Source of the DNA: an uncultured Nitrososphaerota archaeon | GTDB lineage: Archaea; Thermoproteota; Nitrososphaeria; Nitrososphaerales; Gagatemarchaeaceae | Reading direction: 5' to 3' | DNA length: 64,000 nt | Assembly (NCBI GenBank): GCA_963703285.1 | Contig: OY969807.1 | Location: forward strand, 2,144,001 to 2,208,000 | Shown here: one piece after another, positions 19,484 through 28,806 of the stretch | How positions within the stretch are numbered: position 1 is the first letter of the stretch | Layout of the letters: every line of letters begins with the position of its first letter | The notes under the pieces: generated by a model | Seen by the model: the letters and a program-made list of their open reading frames with translations, nothing else | Database searches by the model: none | What the model was told of the DNA's origin: nothing | Translations under genes and position numbers: made by a program

Positions 19484-20596
19484 ATGAATACAGCGAATCT
19501 AACGGTTCGACTATTCACCGTCAATCTTCTCCTATGTTCGGGTCTATTCGTGATTCCCTTGGCATCAGCCAGCGGGAACAGCACATCGAGCAGTGAACAG
19601 ATGAATGCCGCATGGTCCTTCCAGAACTCGATATGGGGAACAGACACGAGTGGATCATCGCAAGTTGGGGTGTTGACAATCAACTATGTCGCTACCTACA
19701 ATAGCAACAACACAGAAACGGAAATCTTCAATCTGCCAGGAATAACCGCACCAACTGCGTTGACGGAAGTATTCCTAGTCAACCGGCTTGCCAACGGTTC
19801 ATTCCAGCTAATGAATAACGAGGGAACCGGGTCCACCGTTAACGAGTATACGCCAACAGCTGCGCCAGGCTTCCGAGCACCCCCTGGGCCCTCTTCGTCC
19901 GGTCCTCAACCCATGACCTCGAGTTACTTCTGGCAGCAAGGCACGCGTGACATGGATAGCCCAAGCTACAACATCGTAGGCGCTAGCACTTACTACACTT
20001 TCTCCGGAGGAACCTACTATTCCACAAGCAACACGCTTGATATCTGGCTCTACATCTATACGAACACGGGTCAATTCATTCAAGTCACGGTCGCTTGGGG
20101 TAACGTGAACTGCGGGCAAACAGCAACCTCTGCTCCCATCTTCTCCATCGGTTACGGAAGTTCGCTGTCCAATTGTCCATCAGGAACGGCAGTTAACGGG
20201 GACACGTACTATCTGGGCATATCCTATTACGCGGGAAGCAACCAATGGCTTCTGTCGGTCTACGACACGACCAATGGCACCTTCGTTGTCCTCACGTACG
20301 TGAATGTCTCTGGCACCTATGTCAGTCCTACCAACTTCGGAGTCGCCATGGAAGGCGTCTGCTCAACCTCGACCACCTGTCCGTGGGGCATGAACATCCC
20401 GAATACTCTGCAATCGTTTGGACCGAACTTTAGCTATTCCACCCAGTGCAATCCGAGCTACACTTGTGCCAACAACTGGGTCAACTATCAATACTGGAAT
20501 TCCCCACAGAGCGGTTATGCCTTGTCTCCGCCACCCGACCTGCAATACTATGTTCGAGCTCCGAACGGGTACATCACTCAGGTGGTCTGGTACTAG
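19484..20596 (+). CDS. secreted beta-rich protein (pro-domain plus possible glutamic-peptidase-like domain)
   Basis: Signal peptide, Pro-rich linker, FIQVTVAWG, FGVAMEG, three Cys pairs. Confidence 0.55.
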   Translation: MNTANLTVRLFTVNLLLCSGLFVIPLASASGNSTSSSEQMNAAWSFQNSIWGTDTSGSSQVGVLTINYVATYNSNNTETEIFNLPGITAPTALTEVFLVNRLANGSFQLMNNEGTGSTVNEYTPTAAPGFRAPPGPSSSGPQPMTSSYFWQQGTRDMDSPSYNIVGASTYYTFSGGTYYSTSNTLDIWLYIYTNTGQFIQVTVAWGNVNCGQTATSAPIFSIGYGSSLSNCPSGTAVNGDTYYLGISYYAGSNQWLLSVYDTTNGTFVVLTYVNVSGTYVSPTNFGVAMEGVCSTSTTCPWGMNIPNTLQSFGPNFSYSTQCNPSYTCANNWVNYQYWNSPQSGYALSPPPDLQYYVRAPNGYITQVVWY

Positions 20597-20713
20597 TCGA
20601 GATTCGAAGAGGCCTCGAACGTTCCGACCCGAACGATCGGGGCCTTCCCCATTTTCTTCTCGAATGCTTATGAGCAAGGAAGCAAAGAGTGGCACCATGG
20701 AAGGAGATGTTGC

Positions 20714-21196
20714 TTGGTTAATGAAACGTCTGTCCCAGCTCGGCGACCCCACCGGAAAGCTACGGCAATAATCGTCGTCGCGGTCTTGATTGTCGCGAGT
20801 GTCTTCGTCGTAGCATACGCTACCCAAGATTCCTCAACTTGCATCGAGACCGGAATCCATGGAACCTTGTATGTCCGTGTGGTTGCCGATGGCACAAACA
20901 AGCCTGTCTCAGGAGTGGACGTAACTGCCACGATAACAGATTACTGCAGCTGGCCCTATCCAGTGTCAACGAGCCTGACCAATTCCACCGGGTATTCTGA
21001 TGCATGGTACTGGACCGGCGAATTCGAAGTGAGCGTCACCTATGCCGGCTCGACGTACATGTTCCCCGCCGTAACCAATGCCGGCGTGATGTTGGCGACG
21101 CTCAGTGTTCCTTCCGGCGTCGTCGTTGAGGCAACGGTTGCGTGTTACGTGGTTTGCGCTCCTTCGTACACCAACACCGCGGTTACAGCATACTGA
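20714..21196 (+). CDS. membrane-anchored beta-sandwich protein
   Basis: N-terminal TM helix; TNKPVSGVDV...TNSTGY Cna-B/prealbumin-like pattern; 4 Cys. Confidence 0.6.
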   Translation: MVNETSVPARRPHRKATAIIVVAVLIVASVFVVAYATQDSSTCIETGIHGTLYVRVVADGTNKPVSGVDVTATITDYCSWPYPVSTSLTNSTGYSDAWYWTGEFEVSVTYAGSTYMFPAVTNAGVMLATLSVPSGVVVEATVACYVVCAPSYTNTAVTAY

Positions 21197-21650
21197 TTTC
21201 AGCGGCCCAGTCTTTGCGGATTGTGAAAGCAAGATTGCTAAACGCTATCGTCCATGCTTAGCTTTCTGAAAATGGACAGCTGGGCCCAACGTAATCTCCT
21301 TTACTGGCATGGTTGTCCGCATGCACCATAATCGCCATGGGCGAAATATTCAGCCAGCATCCGAAGTCCTTTCCCTCCCTTTCCCCAAGAGATGACTGGC
21401 AAAAGGGTCTGTTCAGGGTGTCTTGTTGCAGGATTTCGATGACAAGAGGTTTGTCCACGGCGTGGTCAGATGGAGGTACTTTGCTGACATTTAGTTTGTC
21501 CATCGACAACAGGTGGCATGACACCCACACCTTATCCAACTCTAGGCAAAGCTGGGTAAGTATCTCCTCCGCGACGCCAGATTAGGCTACGTCCCGCGTT
21601 TGGTTGAACCGCGTGGTCGATAAACACTCACGCCGATATTGCACTATTGA

Positions 21651-21947
21651 TGAAATCTGCCCATGACATAAGCAGGTTCCACACGGATATCCAAATGGGT
21701 CTCTCCCGGTTCGAACCCCCGCAGTCTCACTCCTTTACAGCGCTTCAGTATGATGAAGTCTCTTCAGAGGGGTAAGGTCGCACGTACGTGCCGCCATACT
21801 AGACTACGGCCTAACTATAGGTTGGCAGAGACGGAATGTGGTGCATAAACAGCCGCCCCTCATTAGACTACGATGACATTGAAACCTGCGCACGCCAGAG
21901 ACAGGTTCCATACGGATATCCGGATGGGTCCCAGCGGGCCCGAACCC
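21651..21947. repeat. 68-bp imperfect direct repeat (21651-21718 / 21880-21947), 229 bp apart
   Basis: Core CAGGTTCCAcACGGATATCCaaATGGGTC vs CAGGTTCCAtACGGATATCCggATGGGTC (26/29); both end CGAACCC. Confidence 0.75.
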
Positions 21948-22076
21948 TTGGCCTAGTTAGGAGCTTGAAGGACTAAGACTTCGAGAGGTAGAACTCATGC
22001 GTGGAACAACCAACTTGGAATGGGTTTGTATAAAAGTTTGCCCGCTCTTTGGACGGTATTTGAAACCAATTCGTTC

Positions 22077-22095
22077 CAAATCCTGCCGGGCCCGC
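22077..22095 (+). repeat. att site: degenerate copy of tRNA-Arg 3' end
   Basis: CAAATCCTGCCGGGCCCGC, 19-bp match to 1905-1923. Confidence 0.88.
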
Positions 22096-22125
22096 TATCA
22101 TCCTTTCAAGGATTGGGGTCGAGGA

Positions 22126-22869
22126 CTAGGGATCGCGCCAGTGGCTCTTCCTTATCGCCACGGCAAAGAGCACGCAGGAGACAACCAGCAGCACCGTCCA
22201 ATCGGCCACGAGGTTCGAGAACGACAGCTGAAGGTCTCCTATGGCGTTCTGGGCTATCTCCGCCGCGTAGGTCGCCGGGGAGAGGTACGCGAGGTACCTT
22301 ATCGGGAGCGGGATGAAGGTGATCGGGTAGTATATGGGGGCGATGGTCGAGAGTATGATGGTCAGAATGCTGACGAACGCCCGGTTCTGCTGAATGTCCG
22401 TGCTGAAGGTCGAGAGCATGAAACCGAGAGCAACCGAGAACGCAAACATCAGCGAAAACATGGCCAATATCGTGAGCACGCCGATAGGGCTTGCGCGTAT
22501 GAAGAGGATCGAGAGCACCGTCAGGACCGAGAGCGCTGGGAGGGCGTTCGTGAGCGCCGCCATGGCCATCCCGACCATGTAGGTGAACGCGCTCGTGGGC
22601 GAGCTGACGAGCATGTCCTGGAGCCTGAAGTCGTTCTTCATGTGGGACAGGTCAATCTGAAGGTTCACGCCTCCGGAGATTAAGCTGGTTATCAGGGCGC
22701 CCTCGACAGAGATGCTCAGGAGCTGTCCGTGGCTCACGATCAGTATCAGTATCAGGACTGAAAACGGTGCAAGCAGGTTGCTCACCATGGTGATGGGGTA
22801 GTTCTTCATCTGGTACACCGCGTCGATTAGGATCGACGCGTAGACCTGGTTCAGCTTCCTAGCCTTCAT
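22126..22869 (-). CDS. ABC-2 type exporter permease
   Basis: Six TM segments; APIYYP...LP..I.YLAYLSPATY. Confidence 0.8.
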   Translation of the reverse strand: MKARKLNQVYASILIDAVYQMKNYPITMVSNLLAPFSVLILILIVSHGQLLSISVEGALITSLISGGVNLQIDLSHMKNDFRLQDMLVSSPTSAFTYMVGMAMAALTNALPALSVLTVLSILFIRASPIGVLTILAMFSLMFAFSVALGFMLSTFSTDIQQNRAFVSILTIILSTIAPIYYPITFIPLPIRYLAYLSPATYAAEIAQNAIGDLQLSFSNLVADWTVLLVVSCVLFAVAIRKSHWRDP

Positions 22870-23815
22870 GGGCGGCGCCCTCCTCGATTGAATTGTGCCG
22901 AGTGTCCTCTTCGATTGGCTTCCTTACGAAATAGTAGAAGATGTCCTCAAGCGAGACGGGATATATCGAGAATCTCCTCTTCTCCCTGACGAGCTGTTCG
23001 GTGAGACTATCGGCGTCCTCCTCGGTGGCGAATATCTGGGACGAACCGTCGTCGCCCTTAATCACCTCGCCGTTCTTGGCCTGGAAGGAAGAGCCGTCCC
23101 CGAGGAGGCGTATCCTGTACTGGTACTTCACTATCGACCTGAGCTGATTCAGGGTGCCCAGGCTGAGGAGCCTCCCGTTCTCTAGGATGCCTATCATGTC
23201 TGCGAGCCTTTCGGCCTCCTCGAGGTAGTGCGTCGTCAGGAAGATGAAGTGCGTCTTCTTCAGCTCGTTCAGCGTGGCCCAGAGGTCGGCCCTTATCACC
23301 GGGTCGAGCCCCGTCGTCGGCTCGTCCACGAAGAGGATCTTCGCATCGGTGGCGAGGACGGCGCTCATCAGCACCCTTCTCTTCACTCCGCCAGAGAGCC
23401 GCCTGTTCAGGGTGTTTTCGTATCTGCCCAGCCCTAGTTTCGAGAGCGCTCCAACGACCTTCGATTCAGCCTCCCTCCTGCTGAATCCCCTGTACAGGAG
23501 GTAGGAGTAGATGGTCTGCCTCGGCGTCAGCCAGGGGACGAGCCTCGCTTCCTGCGGCATCACCGCTATCTGTTCCCTTATTCTACCGGCGTCCTTCACG
23601 ACGTCCATCCCGTTAATGCTCGCTGCCCCTGAACTCGGCATGAGCTCCGTGGCGAGTACCCTGATCAGGGTGGTCTTCCCGGCGCCGTTCCTCCCCAGGA
23701 GAGCGAAGATTCCATTGGTCTCTATGGAGAGGCTGACGCTGTCAAGTGCCGGCGCCTCTTCTCCATACTGCTTGGTGAGGTTCCTGCATTCCAAAAAATT
23801 TTGCATCGGAATCAT
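22859..23815 (-). CDS. ABC exporter ATP-binding subunit (DrrA-like)
   Basis: GRNGAGKT, LSGG, VDEPTTGLDP, LTTHYLEEAE, SLEDIF. Confidence 0.85.
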   Translation of the reverse strand: MIPMQNFLECRNLTKQYGEEAPALDSVSLSIETNGIFALLGRNGAGKTTLIRVLATELMPSSGAASINGMDVVKDAGRIREQIAVMPQEARLVPWLTPRQTIYSYLLYRGFSRREAESKVVGALSKLGLGRYENTLNRRLSGGVKRRVLMSAVLATDAKILFVDEPTTGLDPVIRADLWATLNELKKTHFIFLTTHYLEEAERLADMIGILENGRLLSLGTLNQLRSIVKYQYRIRLLGDGSSFQAKNGEVIKGDDGSSQIFATEEDADSLTEQLVREKRRFSIYPVSLEDIFYYFVRKPIEEDTRHNSIEEGAAHEG

Positions 23816-24038
23816 TCACTTTTTGTTTAGATTTCACGGGGTGCTGAGTTGTGAGCAATGAGTATCCGTCGTCTTAAAAGGCTTTAAAGGAAACTCGACC
23901 CAAACGAGCTGACAATACCCACCTCCTCCACAACAGGATTCGGGTCAAGCCCTACGTGTAACCCTAGCAAGGTTTCTCGATTGCGTATCACACTTAAATT
24001 CGGTATCCATCGCGACGGTTGGTCAAACCGGAAACAAG

Positions 24039-25425
24039 TTGACTGCGAACAGCTCATTGTATGGCGATGGCGACCTGCAGGTTGAGAAGTTCGGGGGAGA
24101 CGTCCTCGGCGCGGGGGGAAGGTCTGGGCGATGTCCTCCAGAGGCTCTCGGAGTTCAAGGGCCGCCACCTGCTGGTCCTCTCAGCGCTCAGAGGGGTGAC
24201 GGACGCCCTGAAGGAATACAACAGCACCAAGGACGAATCCCTGCTTCGGGAGCGTCTGGTTTCGTCGTACTTCTCCGACCATCTGAGCGGCGGCGTCTCC
24301 GAGTCCCTGAACCTGAAGGCCTACATGAAGAACCTCCGGGCGATGACGGATGCGGAGGTGTTAGGCCTCGGCGAGATACTCTCCACCGACCTCCTGTACT
24401 CCTTCCTGAAGTCGAAGGATGTCAACGTCGGAAGGGTCAACTTCCTGACCTTGAACCTGCTTCCCGATCGTCAAAACATCGAGCCGAACCTTGATTTCCC
24501 GATCGTTGCGAAGCAGTACAGGGTGCGCGACGCCGACCCCGACCTAGAGGCGAGCAGGAGCAAGATGAAGGAAGTGAAGGAGCTGCTCGAGAAGCATGAT
24601 GTCGTCGTCGCGCCCGGCTTCGTGGCCCGATACAGGGACGGGCGGGCCGTCACCCTGGGGCGTGGAGGGTCGGATACCTCCCTCTTCGTCTACGCTCACT
24701 GCCTCGGGGTACCTCAAGGTATACTGTGGAAGTCGACCGAGGGTGTGAGGAGCGCGAACCCCGATATCGTCCCAGGGCATCAATTGGTCAGGCACTTCAC
24801 AGCGCTCGAGGGGCTGAACCTGACGCTCTTTGGTGGAGACATCATAAACTTCAAGGGAATGGAGATAGCGTACAAGAACGACATAACCGTCAGGGTCGCG
24901 TTCGCCAAGGATTCCCAGATATTCACGACGATAAGCAAGGAGAGCCCCCCGGGAGGGGCCGGAGATCAACCCGCCGCAAAATATGTCGGGGGCACTGCAG
25001 ACGCGGTCCTCCTGCACTTCGATCTTGAGAGGATGAAGAATCGCGTGGACAGACTGGTCGAACGAAACCTAGGGGACTTCGTCCACATACTCGGGCCGGC
25101 CCTGAACCCGACGGTCGCCGTCCTGGACGCCACGAAGTACTACGAGATCTCGGACGAGGAGGGATGGAACGAGAGGGATGGGATGCGGGTCGCGGCAGTC
25201 GGAATAGTCGGTGAAGGGCTCGGCGAGCTGAGGGGCGCGCTGGCCGAGGCTGCGAGGGTCGTCGTCGACCTCGGTGTCTTGATACGCGGGAATCTCTCGG
25301 CTACCAGGAGAGGTACGGAGGGAGGGTACATGGCGTTCTTCGTCGACCGACCCGACTACGAGAAGGTGGTCAGGTCGGAGCACGCGTGTTTCGTCGAGAA
25401 GAGAAGAGAGGCGGCGCCGAGGTAG
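24039..25425 (+). CDS. divergent aspartokinase-like amino-acid kinase with ACT-like C-terminus (one frameshift near 24110-24118)
   Basis: VEKFGG in the 24039 frame; VLSAL.GVTD.L, PGFVA, TLGRGGSD, ANP.IVP in the 24061 frame. Confidence 0.75.
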
Positions 25426-25462
25426 CCCGGCGACGACCGCCAGACGCGCCCGTGACGAAGGG

Positions 25463-25774
25463 TCACGCGCCGTCCGCGTTCTTCAGGATGCCCTCAAGGA
25501 ACCGCTTAGCCTCCTCGACCTCTCCCCTGCCGAGGTCGGTGATCTCATAGTACCTCCTCCTCTCGAGGGGTTCGCTCCTCACCATCCCCGCGGCCTGGAG
25601 ACTGTAGAGGACCCTATACGCCGTCACGTTCCCGCTCCAGAACCCGAACTCCTCGTTGACAAGCTTCCGCAGCTCATAGCCGTACCTGGCCTTCTCGGAG
25701 AGGAGCAGGAGTATGAAGAACCAGAGGTTCTCCTTCTGGACCTTCGTCTTGAGCCTCTCCACGAATCCCATCAT
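25463..25774 (-). CDS. PadR-family regulator
   Basis: RYGYEL...YRVLYSL...RRRYYEITDLG. Confidence 0.85.
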   Translation of the reverse strand: MMGFVERLKTKVQKENLWFFILLLLSEKARYGYELRKLVNEEFGFWSGNVTAYRVLYSLQAAGMVRSEPLERRRYYEITDLGRGEVEEAKRFLEGILKNADGA

Positions 25775-25851
25775 TCCGACCCTCCGGCGTTCGTCCCGCA
25801 CTGCGGCACCAAAAGAAACCTTTATCCGTACATATTTTACCGCTATAAAAC

Positions 25852-26970
25852 ATGTCTGGTGTAAGGGTAGGCGTCATCGGCGTCGGAAACTGTGCTTCCG
25901 GTATCATCCAGGGTGTCCAACTGAGGAAGTCCGGAGACGAGGAAGCTGCGAAGTACGGCAACGACAAGATCGGAAGGTACAGGATCGAGGACATTGAGTT
26001 CGTGAGCGCCTTCGACGTCGGGGCCAACAAGATCGGCAAGCCGCTCTCCGTGGCAATCTACCAGCCCCCCAACGTCGTCGACTGGGTGGAGTCGGTCCCC
26101 CGCACCGACGCCGTCGTGATGGAGTCCCCCGTGCTCGACGGGGTCGGGATCTTTGTGGACAACAAGATCAAGCCCGTCAGGGACAACACGCCCGTCTCGA
26201 AGCTCCGCGGGGCCATCCTCGACCAGCTCAGAAGGACGAGGACGGAGATACTGGTGAACTACCTGCCGGTTGGCAGCCAGAAGGCGACGGAGTTCTGGGC
26301 AGAGGTCGCCCTCGAGGCCGGCGTCGGGATGGTCAACTGCATGCCCGTCTTCATCGCCTCGCGCAAGGAGTGGGCCGACAGGTTCACCGCCAAGAACATC
26401 CCGATTGTGGGCGACGACGTCAAGGGGGTCGTCGGCGCCACCATAGTTCACCGGACCCTCGCACAGCTGTGCACCGACAGGGGCGTCGAGATAACCAAGA
26501 CCTACCAGATAAACGTAGGCGGGAACACCGACTTCCTGAACATGAAGGAGGCCGCCAGGCTCGAGTCAAAGAAGATCTCGAAGACGGAGGCGGTCCAGGA
26601 CGTCCTCCCCCAGCGCCTCCCCGAGGAGAAGATCTACGTCGGACCGAGCGACTTCATCCCCTTCCTGGGAAACACGAAGCTCGCGTTCATCCGGGTGGAA
26701 GGCAGGATGTTCCCCGGGATACCGTTCAACATGGAGGTACGCCTCGAGGTCGACGACAAGGCCAACTCTGCCGGCGTGGTGGTCGATGCGATAAGGTACT
26801 GCAAGATAGCCGTGGACAGGAAGGTCGGCGGCCCGCTGCTCGCACCAAGCGCTTGGCTGATGAAGCATCCGCCCGTACCTATGCCAGACGAGGAAGCGAA
26901 GAGGGAAGCCGCCGCCTGGGCCGGGCGGAGGGGACAGGCGGGGACCAAGCCCTCCTCACGCGGAATCTAG
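25852..26970 (+). CDS. ino1: myo-inositol-1-phosphate synthase
   Basis: GVGNCAS, NYLPVGS, GDDVK, QINVGGNTDFLNM, SKKISKT. Confidence 0.93.
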   Translation: MSGVRVGVIGVGNCASGIIQGVQLRKSGDEEAAKYGNDKIGRYRIEDIEFVSAFDVGANKIGKPLSVAIYQPPNVVDWVESVPRTDAVVMESPVLDGVGIFVDNKIKPVRDNTPVSKLRGAILDQLRRTRTEILVNYLPVGSQKATEFWAEVALEAGVGMVNCMPVFIASRKEWADRFTAKNIPIVGDDVKGVVGATIVHRTLAQLCTDRGVEITKTYQINVGGNTDFLNMKEAARLESKKISKTEAVQDVLPQRLPEEKIYVGPSDFIPFLGNTKLAFIRVEGRMFPGIPFNMEVRLEVDDKANSAGVVVDAIRYCKIAVDRKVGGPLLAPSAWLMKHPPVPMPDEEAKREAAAWAGRRGQAGTKPSSRGI

Positions 26971-27020
26971 TCCCCTTATATACGGGTCCGCCAACGAAAA
27001 GTTAGGAACTGTGAAGAAAG

Positions 27021-27584
27021 TTGTCAGTGTCGCAAGACCAAGATGATCCGAACATTAGACAGCAGGTAGACGACAGCCGAGGATTCCAGAAGAAGCTCGA
27101 GCTGCTCGTCCCCGGCCTGCGAGGGTACAGGTCACGGGAGGACCTGCGCGTCGCGGACGAATTCCTCCGCAACCAGGTCGCCGACAAGCTGGATCTCGCC
27201 AAGGCCAACCTCGAGGGAGTACGCAAGCAGATGGTCGCCGCAGGCGACTTCACCAACATCGGTCCCCTGGGGTCACTGATATTCGAGATGCAGGGCCTGA
27301 GCGGCCAGGTCCGGCACGCCCAGCAGGGTTACTCCGGATGGGTTGCCCCGATAAGCGTGAACGAGCCCCAGCTCAACAAGCTCTACGAGTACGATTACAA
27401 CTTCGTGAACTCCGCGGTCCAGCTGCAGAACGCGACCGCTCTCCAGAGCCTGGTCTACGACCCGACCGCCCCCAGCTCTGTACAGCCGAAGATATCGGCC
27501 GTGAGCGCCGCCGAGGCCGACTTCAAGCAGAAGTGGTCCGTGCGGATGGAAGCCATAGAGAATATATTGGTCCAGGGGAAGTGA
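27021..27584 (+). CDS. conserved helical hypothetical protein, first gene of SPFH operon
   Basis: LVPGLRGY..RE..R.AD..LR motif; 7 bp from next gene. Confidence 0.7.
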   Translation: MSVSQDQDDPNIRQQVDDSRGFQKKLELLVPGLRGYRSREDLRVADEFLRNQVADKLDLAKANLEGVRKQMVAAGDFTNIGPLGSLIFEMQGLSGQVRHAQQGYSGWVAPISVNEPQLNKLYEYDYNFVNSAVQLQNATALQSLVYDPTAPSSVQPKISAVSAAEADFKQKWSVRMEAIENILVQGK

Positions 27585-27591
27585 TAGAGAC

Positions 27592-28797
27592 ATGTGCGGC
27601 CTATTCAGCAAGAGCTCGGGTTCGGGCGGCACGGTCCCGGCCCAGGGCGGAAGCGTCTTTGGCTCAACAACGATCAACTGGGATGACCAGTACAAGCAGA
27701 ACAACGTCATGTGGAAGGTCCCCAGACTCATCAGGCTCAACGACAACATAGTCGTCCGTGAGGACGAGATAGCGGTCTTCTACAGGGACGGAAAGGTCCT
27801 AACCTACTTCGACCAGCCCAACAGGTACGCGCTCACCGACTTCAACGCGCCCATCGTCGGGAATCTGCTGAAGTTCTTCACGGGGGTCCAGCAGCAGGCA
27901 GAGGTCTACTACCTCCAGAAGAGGTTCCTCGACGGGAAGTTCGGCAGCACCCAGCCCTACCAGTTCATGGACCCGACCTTCGGCGTGGTCAACCTGAGGA
28001 TCTTCGGGGAGTACAGGTGGAGGGTCTCTTCGCCTGAGAACTTCATCAACCAGTTTGTAGGAACGTTCAGCGCTGAGACGTCAGACGACGTCGAGTCCAG
28101 GCTCAAGGAGCAGATGGTCATCCTCGTCTACAACTCCCTAGGGAAGATGAAGAGCCAGGGGATGAAGATCACCGACCTCGCCGCGAGCCTGACCAACATC
28201 GAGCAGGCGGTCCTCGCCATCGCTCCGGACAACTTCGGCCAGTACGGCGTCGAGATAAACAAGGTCTCGGGGCTAACGATAAGCCTCCCCGACGAGGTCC
28301 AGAAGGCCATCGACACCAGGTCCCAGATGCAGGTCCTCGGCGTCAACTACATGCAGTACCAGGCGGGCCAGGCAATGACGGAGGCAGCCTCCAACCCATC
28401 GGGTACTGCGGGCATCGGCGCCGGCCTGGGAGTGGGCATCGGCGCAGGGGCGGGCATGGGCTACGCCTTCAGCGGCCAGATGGCGCAGGGGATGATGGGA
28501 GGTCCGCCCACACGGTCCTGTCCCAGCTGCGGTTCGCTCATTGCGGCGAACAGCACCTTCTGCCCGAACTGCGGCGCCACGCTGCAGCAGGCGGCCGTCC
28601 CCAAGCCGCAGGCCACCCAGACCTGCGCCCAGTGCGGTTCACCCATCCAGGCGGGCGCGAAGTTCTGCCCGAACTGCGGCGCTGCGGTCGCTATGCAGGC
28701 GCCCCCGGCCCAGCCTGCGCCGAAGGCGTGCCCCAACTGCGGAGCCCAGATAACGGGGACCTCCAAGTTCTGCCCCAACTGCGGCAAGCCCCTCTAG
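27592..28797 (+). CDS. SPFH/Band-7 protein (YdjI-like) with three double zinc ribbons
   Basis: IVVREDEIAVFYRDGK, KFGS..P, LRIFGEY; GAGLGVG linker; three CxxC...FCPNCG units. Confidence 0.85.
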   Translation: MCGLFSKSSGSGGTVPAQGGSVFGSTTINWDDQYKQNNVMWKVPRLIRLNDNIVVREDEIAVFYRDGKVLTYFDQPNRYALTDFNAPIVGNLLKFFTGVQQQAEVYYLQKRFLDGKFGSTQPYQFMDPTFGVVNLRIFGEYRWRVSSPENFINQFVGTFSAETSDDVESRLKEQMVILVYNSLGKMKSQGMKITDLAASLTNIEQAVLAIAPDNFGQYGVEINKVSGLTISLPDEVQKAIDTRSQMQVLGVNYMQYQAGQAMTEAASNPSGTAGIGAGLGVGIGAGAGMGYAFSGQMAQGMMGGPPTRSCPSCGSLIAANSTFCPNCGATLQQAAVPKPQATQTCAQCGSPIQAGAKFCPNCGAAVAMQAPPAQPAPKACPNCGAQITGTSKFCPNCGKPL

Positions 28798-28806
28798 GCG
28801 ATACGC

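Noticed and set aside
23885-24038. Riboswitch-like leader upstream of the aspartokinase-like gene
   Set aside because: Only short pairings (GACCC/GGGTC, GAAAC/GTTTC); no recognisable aptamer
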